Source: Angustibacter luteus
GTDB lineage: Bacteria > Actinomycetota > Actinomycetes > Actinomycetales > Angustibacteraceae
DNA length: 64,000 nt
NCBI RefSeq assembly: GCF_039541115.1
Contig: NZ_BAABFP010000004.1
Location: 186,001 to 250,000 of the forward strand
Reading direction: 5' to 3'
Shown here: piece by piece, positions 62,554 through 64,000 of the stretch
How the letters are laid out: every line of letters begins with the position of its first letter
Position numbering within the stretch: position 1 is the stretch's first letter
Made by a program: the position numbers and the translations under genes
Notes under the pieces: generated by a model
Databases searched by the model: none
What the model was told of the DNA's origin: nothing
The model's input: the letters and a program-made list of their open reading frames with translations, nothing else

Positions 62554-63963
62554 TTAGCCAACTGCCGCCTCCGGTGCGACAGCCCTGGCCTCGTGAGCTT
62601 TCGCGCCGTCGGCCAACGCATCGCCTGTCGGATTGAGAGGCGATGCGAGGACGGCGCGCACAAGGCGACGGGGCAAGTCGGACGCATCGCGCTCAACGTG
62701 TGTGCGGAAGACATGCCAGGCCGCCCCCACTGCGACACCATTACCTACCTGCTTGTACGACGCGGAATCCCGTTGGCCAGCGAAGGAGAGGCTTCGACTG
62801 AAACCCTGCAGGCGCGCGGCCTCGTGAGGAGTGAGCCGGCGGCGGCGGCTGCCCATGACCGAGGTTTGCGTAATGGCCACGAGAGCGGGAAGGTACGTGG
62901 GCGCCTTTGCGCGGATCCCAGAGGGGCGGAAGTGCATGACCGTTTCCCAGAGCGAGGCGGTGTCCTGGGCCTGCCACTCGAGCTTGCGACGGGAATCTGG
63001 GAACGAGGCGAAGGTGGGGTTCGCATGCTTCCATTCGCGGATCACGTCTCGGTGGTCGTCGTAGAAGCGGGCGTTCTTGATCAAGATCTGGGACTTCCAC
63101 CGGGGCAGTGCTTCCAACTCGAGCGGATCTAGGCCACGCTCCGGAATCCAAGCGTCGGCCCACAGGGGGAAGCCGGGGAGGCGGACGCCGCGGGCTGTCC
63201 ACATTCTCTGGACAAGGTCATCCCAGACGTTCACCCAAGCAGTCTCGTCAGCCGTGAGCTGGTACTTCTGGATGTTGTCGATATCGACGTCGTCATCCAG
63301 GATCCACTCGGCGTTCCAGTCCGCCGCGTTCCACCCATCGACAGGGCCGCGGACCACGGTCGGCGGAACGTCGACCTCCGCCAGCGCCCGTTGGGGGCCA
63401 ACGTAGGTGCCCAGGATGAAGACGCGGTCCCGGACTTGCGGTGTTCCTCCAAGAGAGGGGGGGAGAAAGTGCGGCGAGAACACAGACGGGGTCGACGACA
63501 CGCGGTAGCCGATCTCTCGCAACGTCTGGATGATCACGTCCCATTCGTGCGTGTGACGGGGACCCGCGATGTTCCGCACGTTCTCGAGCAGCACAACCGC
63601 CGGCGTTCGGTCCTCGAGTATGCGGGCGATGTTCCAGAAGAGCGTTCCTCGCGCCTCGTCCATACCACGCTGGCGCCCGGACTTCGAGAACGGCTGGCAC
63701 GGAAAGCCGGCCGCGAGCACGTCATGGGGCGGAACGTCGACCGGGCCGTCATCGGGAGTCGCCATGGTGATGTCGGTGTTGACGATGGGGCGCCTGGACG
63801 CCGGCAGCGGGTCCACCCAGTTGCGTAAGTAGGTCTGGCGCGCCTCGCGGTCGATCTCCGAGACGTAGACGCAGCGTCCGCCGGCGTGGTCGAGCATGGC
63901 GTGGAAGCCGCCGATGCCTGCGAAGAGATCTGCGTACTTGAACGCTGCAGAGTCCTTCGCCAT
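62554..63963 (-). CDS. DNA (cytosine-5) methyltransferase, M.AluI-like
   Basis: Motifs DLFAGIGG, GFPCQPFS, ENV, QVRDRVFI, RLQGF, KQVGNGV; long variable region with SRRKLEWQAQD..MHFRPSGIRAK..YLPALVAITQTS as recalled for M.AluI. Confidence 0.9.
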   Translation of the reverse strand: MAKDSAAFKYADLFAGIGGFHAMLDHAGGRCVYVSEIDREARQTYLRNWVDPLPASRRPIVNTDITMATPDDGPVDVPPHDVLAAGFPCQPFSKSGRQRGMDEARGTLFWNIARILEDRTPAVVLLENVRNIAGPRHTHEWDVIIQTLREIGYRVSSTPSVFSPHFLPPSLGGTPQVRDRVFILGTYVGPQRALAEVDVPPTVVRGPVDGWNAADWNAEWILDDDVDIDNIQKYQLTADETAWVNVWDDLVQRMWTARGVRLPGFPLWADAWIPERGLDPLELEALPRWKSQILIKNARFYDDHRDVIREWKHANPTFASFPDSRRKLEWQAQDTASLWETVMHFRPSGIRAKAPTYLPALVAITQTSVMGSRRRRLTPHEAARLQGFSRSLSFAGQRDSASYKQVGNGVAVGAAWHVFRTHVERDASDLPRRLVRAVLASPLNPTGDALADGAKAHEARAVAPEAAVG

Positions 63964-63970
63964 GCCAGCA

Positions 63971-63998
63971 AGCTTAGCTGAACCGACAGCTAAGTCAA
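63971..63998 (-). promoter_or_regulatory. Leaderless promoter of the methyltransferase containing three AGCT sites
   Basis: TTGACT (63998-63993), N16, TAAGCT (63976-63971), 7 nt, ATG; inverted repeat CTTAGCTG/CAGCTAAG. Confidence 0.7.
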
Positions 63999-64000
63999 GC

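Overview
High-GC actinobacterial chromosome segment spanning the replication origin. 1-14 kb is an accessory-metabolism block: araBDA, a TetM/OtrA-type ribosome-protection GTPase, DinB/YciI/KTSC, an M20 hydrolase, an SRPBCC-PyrE fusion and a GNAT. 14-49 kb is the conserved oriC-left gene set: dnaB with a class-3 intein, a DinF-type MATE, rplI-rpsR-ssb-rpsF, GT87, ponA, padR-ino1, the CCA-adding enzyme, NUDIX-DUF6049-murJ-(pilin-like, NlpC/P60)-pseudokinase-sigM-antisigma-trxBA-cwlM, and parB-parA-rsmG-jag-yidC-yidD-rnpA-rpmH. 49-61 kb holds dnaA, oriC, dnaN, gnd, recF, dciA, gyrB, gyrA, DUF3566, tRNA-Ile, a DLW-39 peptide and tRNA-Ala. Directly after tRNA-Ala a lower-GC block encodes an AluI-like (AGCT) type II restriction-modification pair; its leaderless methyltransferase promoter contains three AGCT sites, two of them in an inverted repeat. 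Other notable signals: a Cys8 zinc-finger insert in the DnaB intein, back-to-back ECF42-type promoters, an overlapping leader ORF and WhiB7-like motif before the tet gene, a probable CTG start codon, five parS sites and three DnaA-box clusters outside oriC. No CRISPR array, integrase or transposase was seen. All family assignments come from motif recognition and memory, not database searches.
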